Below, piece after piece: positions 32,466 through 42,675 of a DNA stretch of 64,000 bases. Positions within the stretch are counted from its first letter, which is position 1, and the number at the start of each line of letters is the position of its first letter. The stretch is taken from NCBI GenBank assembly GCA_963675595.2, contig CAXXLZ010000002.1:512001-576000 (forward strand), in the 5' to 3' direction. A program made the position numbers and the translations under genes. A model generated the notes under the pieces. It was not told the DNA's origin, did not search any database, and saw only the letters and a program-made list of their open reading frames with translations. Source of the stretch: Thermodesulfobacteriota bacterium. GTDB taxonomy: Bacteria; Desulfobacterota; Desulfarculia; JACQYL01.

Positions 32466-32524
32466 CCGCAATCGGACTATTTTAACGGACCGGCGAAAAG
32501 ATACGAGAAACAGTACGGTTTAAC

Positions 32525-32770
32525 GGAGGAAAACTTTCGAGGAAGTTTTCCGGACCTCCTTTCAAAGCTTCTTGAGCGGGCCTCACCGCCTGCGGCGGAG
32601 AGGCGAAGTGGAGACCGGGAATTGCCTCGCTTTTAAGCAATGAGCGGACAAACGACCTTTGCGCTTCCCAACGATTTCCCACCGGAGACGCTCCGCCGAA
32701 GGCGATGCGGCCATGCCTGAAGTTTTCCGGGGGGTGTGGGGGGCGCTTTTTCAAAAGCGTCCCCCACGAC
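32525..32770. repeat. Family A hairpin modules
   Basis: GAAAACTTTCGAGGAAGTTTTC, GGCCTCACCGCCTGCGGCGGAGAGGC, GGGGGCGCTTTTTCAAAAGCGTCCCCC. Confidence 0.65.
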
Positions 32771-32829
32771 TGCGGAAGCCGAACGAATAATAGTTTCCCA
32801 ATGCATTACTTGAAGCGGGAGAAGACTTC

Positions 32830-33981
32830 ATGAATATCACACCATTGATGAACGACGGCCTGGACGGCGAACCCGGAAAGCGGGTGTTGAAATACGTGGA
32901 GGGACGCAAGGCCCAGGGCGACCCCATTGTGGGGATCTACTGCGGATACGCACCCATCGAAGTGATACAGGCCATGGGCATCGTGCCGGCGGTGTTGTGC
33001 GCCTTTTCCAGGGTGCCCATTCCGTCGGCGGAAACCATGCTGCCGGCCAATCTGTGTCCTTTGATCAAGTCGAGCTACGGGTTCATCATCGAAGGCACCT
33101 GCCCCTTTTTCAGCCTGTCCGGCGCGGTCATCGCGGAAACCACCTGCGACGGCAAGAAGAAGATGTTCGAGCTCATCGCGGACATCAAACCCACTTTTGT
33201 CATGGACCTGCCCCAATTGCCGGACGAGGCCGAGGCCAAGCAGAACTGGAAAAACATGATCCTCAAGCTGTACGCGTTCCTGGAAGACACCTTCCAACGC
33301 TCGGCCACGGAGGATCAGATCGAGGCGTCCCTGCGGTCCGCCAACCGAAAGAACGAGCTCATGCGCAGGTTCTTCGACTATGCGGCGCTCAAGCCGCCGG
33401 TGCTTCATTGGAAGGAAATGTACGACCTGGGTTTCCTGGCCCTGCCGGCCACGGGCGACGAGATGGTCCCTCTGATCGAGACTCTGCTCGAAAGACTGGA
33501 AACCCGGGTGAAGGAAGGCATTTCCTTCGGAAAACCCGATGCGCCCCGCGTTCTGGTGACGGGTTGTCCGGTGGGAGGCGACGCCGCCAAGATTTTTAAC
33601 GTCATCGAAGCCGCCGGGGGCGTGGTGGTGGCTCCCGACGCCTGCACGGGCATGAAGGCTTTTATGGGCCGGTTTGAAGAAGGCACGGGGGACCCCGTGG
33701 GGGCCATCGCCGACCGCTACCTCAAGATTCCCTGCGCCTGCATGACCCCCAACCAGCGACGCCTGACCGAACTGTCGGCCCTGATCGAACGATTCCAACC
33801 CGACGCGGTGATCGACCTGATCCTGCAGGCCTGTCATTCCTACAATGTGGAATCCTATCGCGTGGGTCAACACGTGACCGAACAACACGGCCTGCCGTTC
33901 TTGAAGGTGGTGACGGACTATTCCGATTCGGACACGGGCCAGCTCAAGACCCGCATCGAGGCTCTTTTCGAAAGCATTTAA
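32830..33981 (+). CDS. Double-cubane cluster protein-like reductase, paralog 2
   Basis: GIYCGY, VLC, NLCPLIKSSYG, TCPF, ETTCDGKKK, DACTG, PCAC, QACH, TDYS..DTGQLKTRIEA. Confidence 0.85.
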   Translation: MNITPLMNDGLDGEPGKRVLKYVEGRKAQGDPIVGIYCGYAPIEVIQAMGIVPAVLCAFSRVPIPSAETMLPANLCPLIKSSYGFIIEGTCPFFSLSGAVIAETTCDGKKKMFELIADIKPTFVMDLPQLPDEAEAKQNWKNMILKLYAFLEDTFQRSATEDQIEASLRSANRKNELMRRFFDYAALKPPVLHWKEMYDLGFLALPATGDEMVPLIETLLERLETRVKEGISFGKPDAPRVLVTGCPVGGDAAKIFNVIEAAGGVVVAPDACTGMKAFMGRFEEGTGDPVGAIADRYLKIPCACMTPNQRRLTELSALIERFQPDAVIDLILQACHSYNVESYRVGQHVTEQHGLPFLKVVTDYSDSDTGQLKTRIEALFESI

Positions 33982-33996
33982 ATAGATGTCTCACAT

Positions 33997-34300
33997 GTAA
34001 CCGGGGAAGACTTTCGAGCAGGCCTCACCGCCTCCGGCGGAGAGGCTGCGGATGAATTCAGGCTTCTCACTCCTTCCCAACGTTCCTTACATCTGCTGAG
34101 TCGGCAAAGAAGCCCTCAAGTTCGGCTTCGTTCCGGGAGGGACGGGCCTCCGTTTCGCCCTTGCGAATCGCCTACGGAATTCGCAAAACGAGCCAGCATG
34201 TACCGTTCAACGTATTAAAATACTTAAAGTTTTTTGGAGGGAGCCCGAGGGAACCCTTTTTTCAAAAAGGGTTCCCTCGGATACTCCTCTGAATGCTCAC
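33997..34300 (-). repeat. Family A MITE-like element (inverted relative to 22763-23079)
   Basis: TGAATGCTCAC end at 34290-34300; shared internal GCGAATTCCGTAGGCGATTCGCA segment. Confidence 0.8.
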
Positions 34301-34714
34301 AAAAAATGGCGACTTTTGCCTATTTACGTCCCCCTCTTCCCTGAATACACTAAGAACAGCGTTGTCTTCTTTTTCGTCCCTCGACAGTCGGGGCCACCTT
34401 CATACGCAGGAATTCATGCGGAGTGGGAGGCAGGGATGTAAAAAACACTCACCATACACCGCCGGTTCCTCGCGATTCCGCCGCAGCCGTGGTTTCCGAC
34501 TTCCCGGATGTCCCGCTCTCCCGCCCTTTTCCCGGTGCTTCCGCTTCCGCTTCGAGCCGTCCCCCAAAACTGGTCAAGTCTCACCATGAGCGCCTGTACC
34601 AAGGCGGTGTCCCCCCGGTCCCGTTCTGTGAAAAGGCCCGATAGGGTGTGCGAACGGACGTCGAACCCGCGACGTCCCCGCCGACGGTAAAAACCTGGAT
34701 GGAGGAAAACGGAC

Positions 34715-37700
34715 ATGGCGGAAGAAAAGGGAGGCGGCGGGAGTTCGCTGCCTGTGTCGGCGTTGATTCTGGCCCTGGCCGCCTTGGGCATCCTGGTGGC
34801 GCCCAAGTCGCCTCTGAGAAGCGATCGGCCCGTGCTTTCGCGCCTGCACGAAGCGGCTCCGCAGGAGGACGTGCGGGCCCGCCTGTGGGAGGACCCCTTC
34901 GAGGCCGTGCTCAAGGACGCTCGGGAAAGACGCTCTCGCTCGGGCGCCCGGGCGGGCGCCCATGGCTCCGTGCCGCTAAAGGCCGAAATTCCCCCGCTTC
35001 TCAAAGAGCAACTCGCGGAGGAGGGCCCCACTATTCTGGGCGTGATGACCAACGGGGGTCCCTATGCGGAGGACGGCGAGTGGCGGCTGAGACATCGCTA
35101 CGCCGTGGTTTCGGCCCTGCTGCGTGCCGGTTTTCTCCCTTGGGACGAACGGCACATCGGGAGCTTCTATTACGACTACGGCTCTTCCCGGAGTCCCGGA
35201 AGCAAGGCGCCCCCCACCATGGAACCCCCGTGTCCCAGTGGGGAGCCCAACATGTGCTGTATCGTTCCCTACGAGGTTTTCTGGAAACAGCGAACCGTTC
35301 CCCAAAAGTGCAAGGAAGTGGTCCTGCTGGTTTGGATCAACGACCATGCGAGCCTGCTCGACGGCCGGCCCCTGGCGCGGGTCCTGGAGGTGATTCGCCT
35401 GGCCGATCCCATCGTTGGAACCCAAGCCTCGAACCCTGGACCTTCAGAGTCCCCTCCTCCGCGCCTCAAGATCATCGGGCCCGTGGGGTCCACTCCCCTG
35501 GCCGCGATCTGGCGGGAGCTCATGGCGGCGGAAGCCGAATTGGGCAACCGGAACGATTCCGGAGAGCAGGCGCGGGGCGTTGCATCGACTCCCACCCAAG
35601 AATCGGACGGCGGATCCGACGCCTACGCGATCCACCTCTCCCGAGGCGAGGTGCAATTCTTCTCCCCTACGGCCACGGCCGCCGAACACGACCTGAGGGA
35701 ATGGAGCGATCTCAAGAACGATCCGGACTCGGGCTCCTCCGCAGCCCCGAGTTTGCAGGAAGAGTTCGAGGAGTTCGGAATCCGATTTTACCGCACCATC
35801 CTTACGGACGAGGAATTGGCCGGAGCCTTGGTAGATGAGGTGGCCTTGAGGGCCCACACCGGCAAGAAAAAGATGCATGTGGTTCTGGTGGGAGAGAAGG
35901 ATACCATCTATGCCCGGTCCCTTGCCGATTCCTTCAAGAAAGCCTTTGAAGACCATTCCAACGGGCAACAGGCGTCGGACTCCAAGGATCCGGCTCCCGA
36001 ATTCCAGACAGTGTACTTTTCCTATCTGCGAGGGTTGGACGGCAGACTTCCCGGCGACCCCCAAGACGAAGGCGCGGAATCCGAGGGGAATCAGGAAGAG
36101 TCCAAGACCGATCGATCGAGGGAGGACCGTCCGGTGGGATTCGGCCGTTTCGATTATCTGGAACGCCTCGCCGATCAAATCGCCTTATACGAAAAGGACG
36201 CGAAGGAGAATCGAGACTCCGCGGGAGTGTTGGCCATCGGAATTCTGGGCAACGACGTATACGATAAGCTGCTGGTCATCCAGGCTCTCAGACAGCGTTT
36301 TCCCTTGAAGCTGCTCTTCACCACGGATGTGGACACACGCCTTCTGTATCGGGACTATCGGAAATGGACCCGAAACACCCTGGCGGTTTCCAGCTTCGGG
36401 TTGTCCCTGCATCCCCGCATACAAGGAAGCGTGCCCCCCTTTCGTGATTCCTACCAGACTTCCCTGTTCTTCACCACCCTGGCGGCCCTGGGCACCATCG
36501 GCATTGAAAACGGCCGTCTGATCTACGCAGAGCAAACCGACGTAGACGAACCGCCGGAATCGGCTGTGCGTTTCAAGACCGACCGATCCTGCAATGCGGT
36601 TTCCGCCGCGTATGCGGGAAATGCCTTGTCCGCCCTGCAACCGCAGGTATATGAAATCGGAAGAAGCAGCCTGGTGTATCTCAGCTCAAAGGCCGGTGCC
36701 GGATCACCCGATTCCGGAAAACAAGGCGTTTCCATCTACGGCGAGACCGGTCGCGGCAACCGGGTGTTGGTGGATTTCATCGTGGAATACCTGTTGGTTC
36801 TGCTTCCTCTGGCGTTCGTTCTTTTCTGCGCACTCAGCTATCAGGTTCAGAACGTGCTCTTTCAACTGGGAAACTCCAAAAAAATCTACCTCCCGGCCGT
36901 TGCTCTGGGCGCGGTTCTCCTCGTATCCGCCGCATGGCTTACCAATCACGTCTCCGGTATTCCCCGGGAGGAGCCTATTTCCTTCACCGAAGGGATCAGC
37001 GCCTGGACCACCATCTGGATTCACTGGATCGCCTTCGCCCTGTCCCTGGTCTACTTGGGAATTCATTACCGCAGAATGAACGTAAATCGGGAGGCCATCG
37101 AAACGGAAGAAGGCATGGAGGCGTCTTTCCCGGGAAAGCGCGCCGATTCCGTGCGGAAAAGATCATTCGACTGGAAGATTTTCACGGGGTACTTGTGGCA
37201 GCCGACATCGAACGAAAAATCAGTGGAACCCGAACCAACGGAACCATCGACATCGGGCAAGCCCTCTCCTTCTCCTCCCATTGAAGAGCCCACCGCCGGA
37301 CGCGAGGCAATCTGGTCCGCCTATGTGCGTGCGTCCGAATCATGGCTCAGCCTCATCCGGGCCGTGCTGTTGACCGCCGTGTATTACCTGTTCATGGGGA
37401 TTCTCTTCAGGGAGTTCCATGCCGACAACCTCCTCATTCGAGGAGACCTGACCTATACCGTCTATGAATGGACCGGGCATGTCACTCGATTCCTCTTCTT
37501 CGTGCTCCTGTTCTTCGCTTTCGATCAGGCGCAGAACTGCGCCCGCATGGTGCAGCTATATACCGATCTGGTTCGGGAGCGTTCCGTTCAAGCCCTGCGC
37601 TCCGAAACCGCACCCGCCGATAACCTGGACAGAGACGCCCTGGACCTTGCACATCTCATCGCCAAACGCACGGAATGCGTTTCCCGACTGGTGTTGGCTC

Positions 37701-38074
37701 CCTTTTTCATCTGGTTTTTGCTCATTCTTTCCAGGCTCCGCTTCTTCGAAGGATGGGACACGGGACTCCTCCAGACCTTGGCCCGCATCATCGCGGGTTT
37801 GATCTGCGTCATGGCCGCCGTTACCCTGCGCCGGTCCGCCAAGCGGTTCCAGCAGACCCTGTCGGACGCCCTGGACATCCACCGGAGAAAGGCGGCGCGT
37901 CACGGCAATGAGGAACAGGCGCAACGCATCGCCTCGATTCGGGAGGAAGTAATGCAACTCCGTCGAGGCGCTTTTTCATCGCTCCTTCATCTTCCCATTG
38001 TCCAGGCCGTGCTCTGGCCCTTCACCGGCATCGGCAGCCTGTATCTCATCGACTACCTGGGGGAGTTTTTTTAA
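34715..38074 (+). CDS. Large membrane protein: putative type I periplasmic-binding (Venus flytrap) domain plus ~8 C-terminal TM helices
   Basis: 1119-aa ORF with GGAGG RBS; N-terminal hydrophobic segment; IIGPVGS, FSPTATA, FYRTILTD, VVLVGEKDTIYARSL motifs; hydrophobic helices from ~36770. Confidence 0.7.
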   Translation: MAEEKGGGGSSLPVSALILALAALGILVAPKSPLRSDRPVLSRLHEAAPQEDVRARLWEDPFEAVLKDARERRSRSGARAGAHGSVPLKAEIPPLLKEQLAEEGPTILGVMTNGGPYAEDGEWRLRHRYAVVSALLRAGFLPWDERHIGSFYYDYGSSRSPGSKAPPTMEPPCPSGEPNMCCIVPYEVFWKQRTVPQKCKEVVLLVWINDHASLLDGRPLARVLEVIRLADPIVGTQASNPGPSESPPPRLKIIGPVGSTPLAAIWRELMAAEAELGNRNDSGEQARGVASTPTQESDGGSDAYAIHLSRGEVQFFSPTATAAEHDLREWSDLKNDPDSGSSAAPSLQEEFEEFGIRFYRTILTDEELAGALVDEVALRAHTGKKKMHVVLVGEKDTIYARSLADSFKKAFEDHSNGQQASDSKDPAPEFQTVYFSYLRGLDGRLPGDPQDEGAESEGNQEESKTDRSREDRPVGFGRFDYLERLADQIALYEKDAKENRDSAGVLAIGILGNDVYDKLLVIQALRQRFPLKLLFTTDVDTRLLYRDYRKWTRNTLAVSSFGLSLHPRIQGSVPPFRDSYQTSLFFTTLAALGTIGIENGRLIYAEQTDVDEPPESAVRFKTDRSCNAVSAAYAGNALSALQPQVYEIGRSSLVYLSSKAGAGSPDSGKQGVSIYGETGRGNRVLVDFIVEYLLVLLPLAFVLFCALSYQVQNVLFQLGNSKKIYLPAVALGAVLLVSAAWLTNHVSGIPREEPISFTEGISAWTTIWIHWIAFALSLVYLGIHYRRMNVNREAIETEEGMEASFPGKRADSVRKRSFDWKIFTGYLWQPTSNEKSVEPEPTEPSTSGKPSPSPPIEEPTAGREAIWSAYVRASESWLSLIRAVLLTAVYYLFMGILFREFHADNLLIRGDLTYTVYEWTGHVTRFLFFVLLFFAFDQAQNCARMVQLYTDLVRERSVQALRSETAPADNLDRDALDLAHLIAKRTECVSRLVLAPFFIWFLLILSRLRFFEGWDTGLLQTLARIIAGLICVMAAVTLRRSAKRFQQTLSDALDIHRRKAARHGNEEQAQRIASIREEVMQLRRGAFSSLLHLPIVQAVLWPFTGIGSLYLIDYLGEFF

Positions 38075-38223
38075 TGCGGAATTCCGCCATCAGACTCCGG
38101 TTGTTTTTTCATACGGGCTCACGGCATCATTAGGATGCTCTTCGCCGGGTTTTTGGTTTCCATGTTTTTGGTAACCTTTCCGGCCGGGGGGGAACTTTTA
38201 AAAAAGTTCACCCCCCGGACCCC

Positions 38224-39608
38224 CATAAGCGCTAACTTAAGCCTTTTGTTTTGGTGAGGTTTATGGTACCGTTGCCGCCAAAGGAGGTGGCAATGGAGCG
38301 TCTCGTTTTTTCCGAGGAAATGGAAGACTGGGAAGTTCTCCAGGGTTTTCTTCCCGATGGCTGGCAATCCAAAGCAAGGGAACTTGGTGCCGTTGTCAGA
38401 TACCGTAAGTTCGTGGACGCCGAAGGTCTGTTGCGAACGCTTCTGATCCATCTGGCGGAAGGTTGCTCACTTCGGCTGACGGCGGCCAAAGCCAGGTTCG
38501 GCAACATTACGTCGATTTCCGACGTAGCTCTCCTAAAACGACTGAATAAATGCGGAGAGTGGTTTCGGTGGATGGCCTTAGGGGTCATGGAGAAATGGTT
38601 TCGAAAGCTGCCCGCCGTTGTTTTTGGAGAGAATTCACGCATCAGGTTGATCGATGCCTCCACCATTCAAGAACCTGGAAGTACCGGAACGACTTGGAGG
38701 GTCCATTATTCCATACAATTGCCTTCGCTGCGCTGCGACGAAGTCTATGTAACAGACCCCAAGATCGGAGAATCCTTCACCAATTTCAAAGTCCATGGCG
38801 GTGAACTTCTTGTAGCGGATAGAGCCTATTGCACACCAAGAGGAATTCACCATGTCATAGACAACGGCGGCGACGTCCTGGTTCGAATGAAACACCGTGT
38901 CGCCATGGTGGACAAGCAAGGGGAACGATTCCAATTACTCCCTCATCTAAGGACGTTACGTGTAAATAAGCTTGGCGACTGGGATGCATTCGTTCCATTT
39001 GAACAACGCTTGGTTGCAGGTAGAATCTGTGCCATCAAGAAGAGCAAAGACGCCACTGAAAAAGCTCGTAAAGCGATAGAAAAAGAGGCGAGGAAAAAAG
39101 GTCGCCAAGTTACTCCGGACACCCTCGAAGCGGCGGCCTACATATTTGTTTTCACAACATTGGGCCGTGAAATCTCGCCCTCTCAGGTCCTCGAGATGTA
39201 CCGAGGTCGATGGCAAATTGAACTCGCTTTCAAGCGTCTAAAGTCCATTCTCGGTTTAGGCCATCTTAGAAAGACCGACATCGAAGGAGCCAAGGCCTGG
39301 ATCCATGGGAAACTACTGGTGGCTTTCTTAGTGGAGGCCATGATCGCCGCAGGCGAATCTTTTTTTCCCTGGGGATACCCACTCCAAAAAGAACCACCGT
39401 AGAAATCGATGCTTCTGGAGAGAGACCATGTTTATGTTACACCTGCTGAAACAAGCCGTGAACCCTAAACTCGGCTTGGCCGAATGCATTGCCGGCTGGG
39501 ATAACATATCTTTTTATTTGCGAGAACCGCCAAGGAAACGAGCACTTCAGCGGCTGATTCCTCAGACGGAAAGAAGCATAGCAAACAATGCTTAAGTTAG
39601 CGCTTATG
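38224..39608 (+). mobile_element. IS4-family insertion sequence, copy 2
   Basis: Same 19-bp TIRs, same length and identical ORF translations as copy 1; 11-bp direct repeat CCCCGGACCCC at 38213-38223 and 39609-39619. Confidence 0.95.
38293..39402 (+). CDS. IS4-family DDE transposase (probable +1 extension to 39595)
   Basis: Identical translation to 17972-19081. Confidence 0.93.
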   Translation: MERLVFSEEMEDWEVLQGFLPDGWQSKARELGAVVRYRKFVDAEGLLRTLLIHLAEGCSLRLTAAKARFGNITSISDVALLKRLNKCGEWFRWMALGVMEKWFRKLPAVVFGENSRIRLIDASTIQEPGSTGTTWRVHYSIQLPSLRCDEVYVTDPKIGESFTNFKVHGGELLVADRAYCTPRGIHHVIDNGGDVLVRMKHRVAMVDKQGERFQLLPHLRTLRVNKLGDWDAFVPFEQRLVAGRICAIKKSKDATEKARKAIEKEARKKGRQVTPDTLEAAAYIFVFTTLGREISPSQVLEMYRGRWQIELAFKRLKSILGLGHLRKTDIEGAKAWIHGKLLVAFLVEAMIAAGESFFPWGYPLQKEPP

Positions 39609-39910
39609 CCCCGGACCCCCCTTCAAAAATCCCCAAGCAGGCCTCACCGCCTCCGGCGGAGAGCCTGAGGGAGAAATAGGGTTGCTCACTAATTTCCAAC
39701 GTTCCTTACATCTCATAAATCGGTAAAGGAATTCCCTTCTCAATAAATGCAGTTTTTAGCCCGAGCCGGATGTCACCCCCCCCTCTCCGCCGAAGGCGGT
39801 GAGGCACTCTTGAAATGCTTTGAAGGGAGCCCGAGGGAAACTTTCTCGAAAGTTTCCCTCGGTGAATGGATGCTTCTGCCCTTCACCAACCTCTCATGGA
39901 GATTCCGACC

Positions 39911-41293
39911 ATGCTTCTTCAACGGATTTTCACACTCGTGCTTCTTTCTGTTTTCATTTGGATTTCGCCCGGGTCTTCCCAGGCCGGGGAGTTGAATGTG
40001 GGCATCATCGGAGATCAGACCGGCAGTCTTGATTTGGACGCTTCGTACGAGGCTTTGAGCAAAGGCGTGGAGATCCTCAAGGCGCGGGAAGTGCAACTGG
40101 TGCTGCACGTGGGGGACCTCATAGAAAGCACGCGGTCGGACGAGGAATGCAAGAGGGATTACCAAAAGGCCGCGGGCATTTTGGACGGTCTCGGGGTGCC
40201 CTGGTATCTCACTCCCGGGGATCATGACGTGAATCCGGTTGCCTGGGAGGCGGGATCGGACGACCGGTCCAAGGAGACGTTGTTCCGCGGGCTCTACGCG
40301 GAAAAGGTGCCGGAGTTCAAGGACCGGATGTATTACAGCTTCGATTTCGGGGGAGTTCATTTCATCGCTCTGTACACGCACGAGACGTTGCGGGTGGACC
40401 CCAGGTGGGGCAACGTGTTTTTGGCGAAAATATCCGACGCCCAATTGGACTGGTTGGAACAGGACCTGGAACGCAACAAGGCGTGCGCCGGCGTGGTGGT
40501 GTTCCTGCATCAACCCCTTTGGTATCACTGGGCCGGGTGGGCGCGGGTCCATCGGCTCCTGGCCTGTTATCCCGTGCGTGCGGTCATTGCGGGGCATTTT
40601 CATTACGACCAGGACGAAGGCACCCTGGACGGGATCCGGTACGTGATCGTGGGAGCCACGGGAGGCGGGGTGAAGGACGCGAGTCGAGACGCGGGCAACG
40701 CCTGGCACGTAACCACCCTACGGCTTTCCGGGGAGTCGGTGAAGTTCACGCTTTCGCCCCTGGAGGGCGAAGAGCCGTTGGAACTCACCCCCAGAACGCA
40801 AATGGACCGGGTTCAGGCCGTGGAATCCATGATGGACGGTCTGTACGGTTTCGGTTCTCGCAATCCGGTGTTCCTGAAAGACCGGCGGCTCTGTTCGAGC
40901 TGCGATACGGACGCACCGGCCGTATTGACGTTGACGCGCGTGGGCAACCCCATCGACCTGCCCTTGACCGTGACCATACAGCCGTTGTCCAGCCACACGG
41001 CCCTGCGAGAGGCCGCGTTTGTGGTCGAAGCCTGCGCGTCGTCTCCAAGCGACTCCTCGTGCGTGCTGCCTCCGGGTGAACGCGTGGTCCTGTCCAACAC
41101 GTCCTTCGTGAGACTGACCTACGACGGTTCCGACCCCGAACCCCTGTGGTCCGCCCGTCCCGTGCCCAAGGACGGGGCAACCATCGAGCCGGGAACCCCG
41201 CTCCAACTTCAAATTCGCGCGGAATTCCAGGGCGAGGATAGGACTTACTGGGTGGATCGCGTTGTGTCCGTTGCGGTCAAGGGGTGTCCTTGA
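39911..41293 (+). CDS. Secreted calcineurin-like metallophosphoesterase with C-terminal extension
   Basis: Signal peptide; IIGD, HVGDL, TPGDHD, FLHQP, AGHFH motifs. Confidence 0.85.
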   Translation: MLLQRIFTLVLLSVFIWISPGSSQAGELNVGIIGDQTGSLDLDASYEALSKGVEILKAREVQLVLHVGDLIESTRSDEECKRDYQKAAGILDGLGVPWYLTPGDHDVNPVAWEAGSDDRSKETLFRGLYAEKVPEFKDRMYYSFDFGGVHFIALYTHETLRVDPRWGNVFLAKISDAQLDWLEQDLERNKACAGVVVFLHQPLWYHWAGWARVHRLLACYPVRAVIAGHFHYDQDEGTLDGIRYVIVGATGGGVKDASRDAGNAWHVTTLRLSGESVKFTLSPLEGEEPLELTPRTQMDRVQAVESMMDGLYGFGSRNPVFLKDRRLCSSCDTDAPAVLTLTRVGNPIDLPLTVTIQPLSSHTALREAAFVVEACASSPSDSSCVLPPGERVVLSNTSFVRLTYDGSDPEPLWSARPVPKDGATIEPGTPLQLQIRAEFQGEDRTYWVDRVVSVAVKGCP

Positions 41294-42153
41294 GGGGGTG
41301 GCACACCGGGGAGGGTGGAGGGAAGAAGTGCACGGGGGGGGCGGCGGGTTTCGGGTCCCCCTGCCGTTGTATTGGCCTAACTTTTATCTATCGTCACGTC
41401 CTACCCATTTTCCGGCAACAAAAAAGTGCGCTGTGCGGCCAAAACTGACGGGAATTACCAATTTACAGGCTATTGCAGCTGGGGTAGACTAATATAATCT
41501 AAGAGTCAGGTTCTCCTTCGTCCTCAAGGATTCCACCAAATGGAAAGTGAAGTCCTCGGGAGTGCTGCCTCGCTATGAATCCCGCAGTGGTTTATGGTGA
41601 CCGCCCTTGCCGATGACAAGGGTGACCATTACTGCCGACGCCGCCGTCATCGTTACGAAATTCTTTCTGGCCTTGTAAGCGGAGCGCCGGAACGATACAG
41701 ATAACGTAAATGCACAGACAGTGCAACACGCAATAATAAATTATATATTTTATATTGAACTATATGGTAGGGATGCCATTATCCCTATCTATTATAACAG
41801 TTTTCATCATCTATATCGGATCAGTATTGCTGATAGCAATAGATAATGATACATAGCATAACACCAAACTATTTCAAAATCTAGGATGTAAAACATAAAG
41901 GAGGAGAATATAATGAAAAAAAATCTTTCAGCCATAATAATACTTATAACCATCGCCTTGACCACAGGATGCGCCAAGACAATATGGGTTTACAAAAACA
42001 AAGATGATAATAAAAGTTTGACTTATAAGACAGAAAAACTCAAGGGAATCCCATTTTACAGAAAATGCGGCATATGCCGACAAACTATCTCTTTTCTTGA
42101 TCCTTGGTATGACATAAAGCTGGTTATTTACTATAAAAACCATGTTACGTCCG

Positions 42154-42193
42154 ACGCCGACAACGAAGCCAACGCCGACAACGAAGCCAACGC
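42154..42193 (+). repeat. 18-bp tandem duplication encoding (ADNEAN)2
   Basis: ACGCCGACAACGAAGCCA x2. Confidence 0.85.
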
Positions 42194-42675
42194 TATAACT
42201 CTTGTGAAGCTTAGAGATATAACCGTTAGAGCGCAAAAAAACAAGGCAACAGATGACATACTGAAGGAAATGAAATTTATTTTAATGGAAAATAGAAAAT
42301 GTGATTCAGACTGTTTCAACAATATTATGAACCATATTAATAGACTACGCGAAGTCAAAAATGAAGAACCAATTATGATATCTAACACTATAAAAATAGA
42401 TACGTACGTAGACTATTCACATCCCCTATACATTAATTCTCCGTTACCGTGGTTTGGCAGCTCATCTTTAGTTGCAACACTAGCTTCTGATGGCACACTG
42501 ACTGAGGTTACTAGTTCACCTGTGTCTCCTAAAGCGGATGAGATTGCAAATATGCTTCCAATAAAAGAGTATTTTATGAAAAGCCTTTCTTTGCCTTCAG
42601 GGGGGGAGACTTCCGGAGCAGAACCCGGAGCCCAACGCGATGGCAAGGCCGAATATGTTGATCGTATATTGGACT

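Larger units (their letters stand above)
38180..39870. repeat. Family A repeat cluster containing IS4 copy 2
   Basis: Hairpin CCGGGGGGGAACTTTT/AAAAGTTCACCCCCCGG before the IS; 39635-39740 is similar to the reverse complement of 19345-19450. Confidence 0.7.

Noticed and set aside
17903-39608. Composite transposon bounded by the two IS4 copies
   Set aside because: Each copy has its own flanking TSD, indicating independent insertions
41294-41350. G-quadruplex-like G tracts
   Set aside because: G runs are common in this genome's intergenic repeats; no independent support
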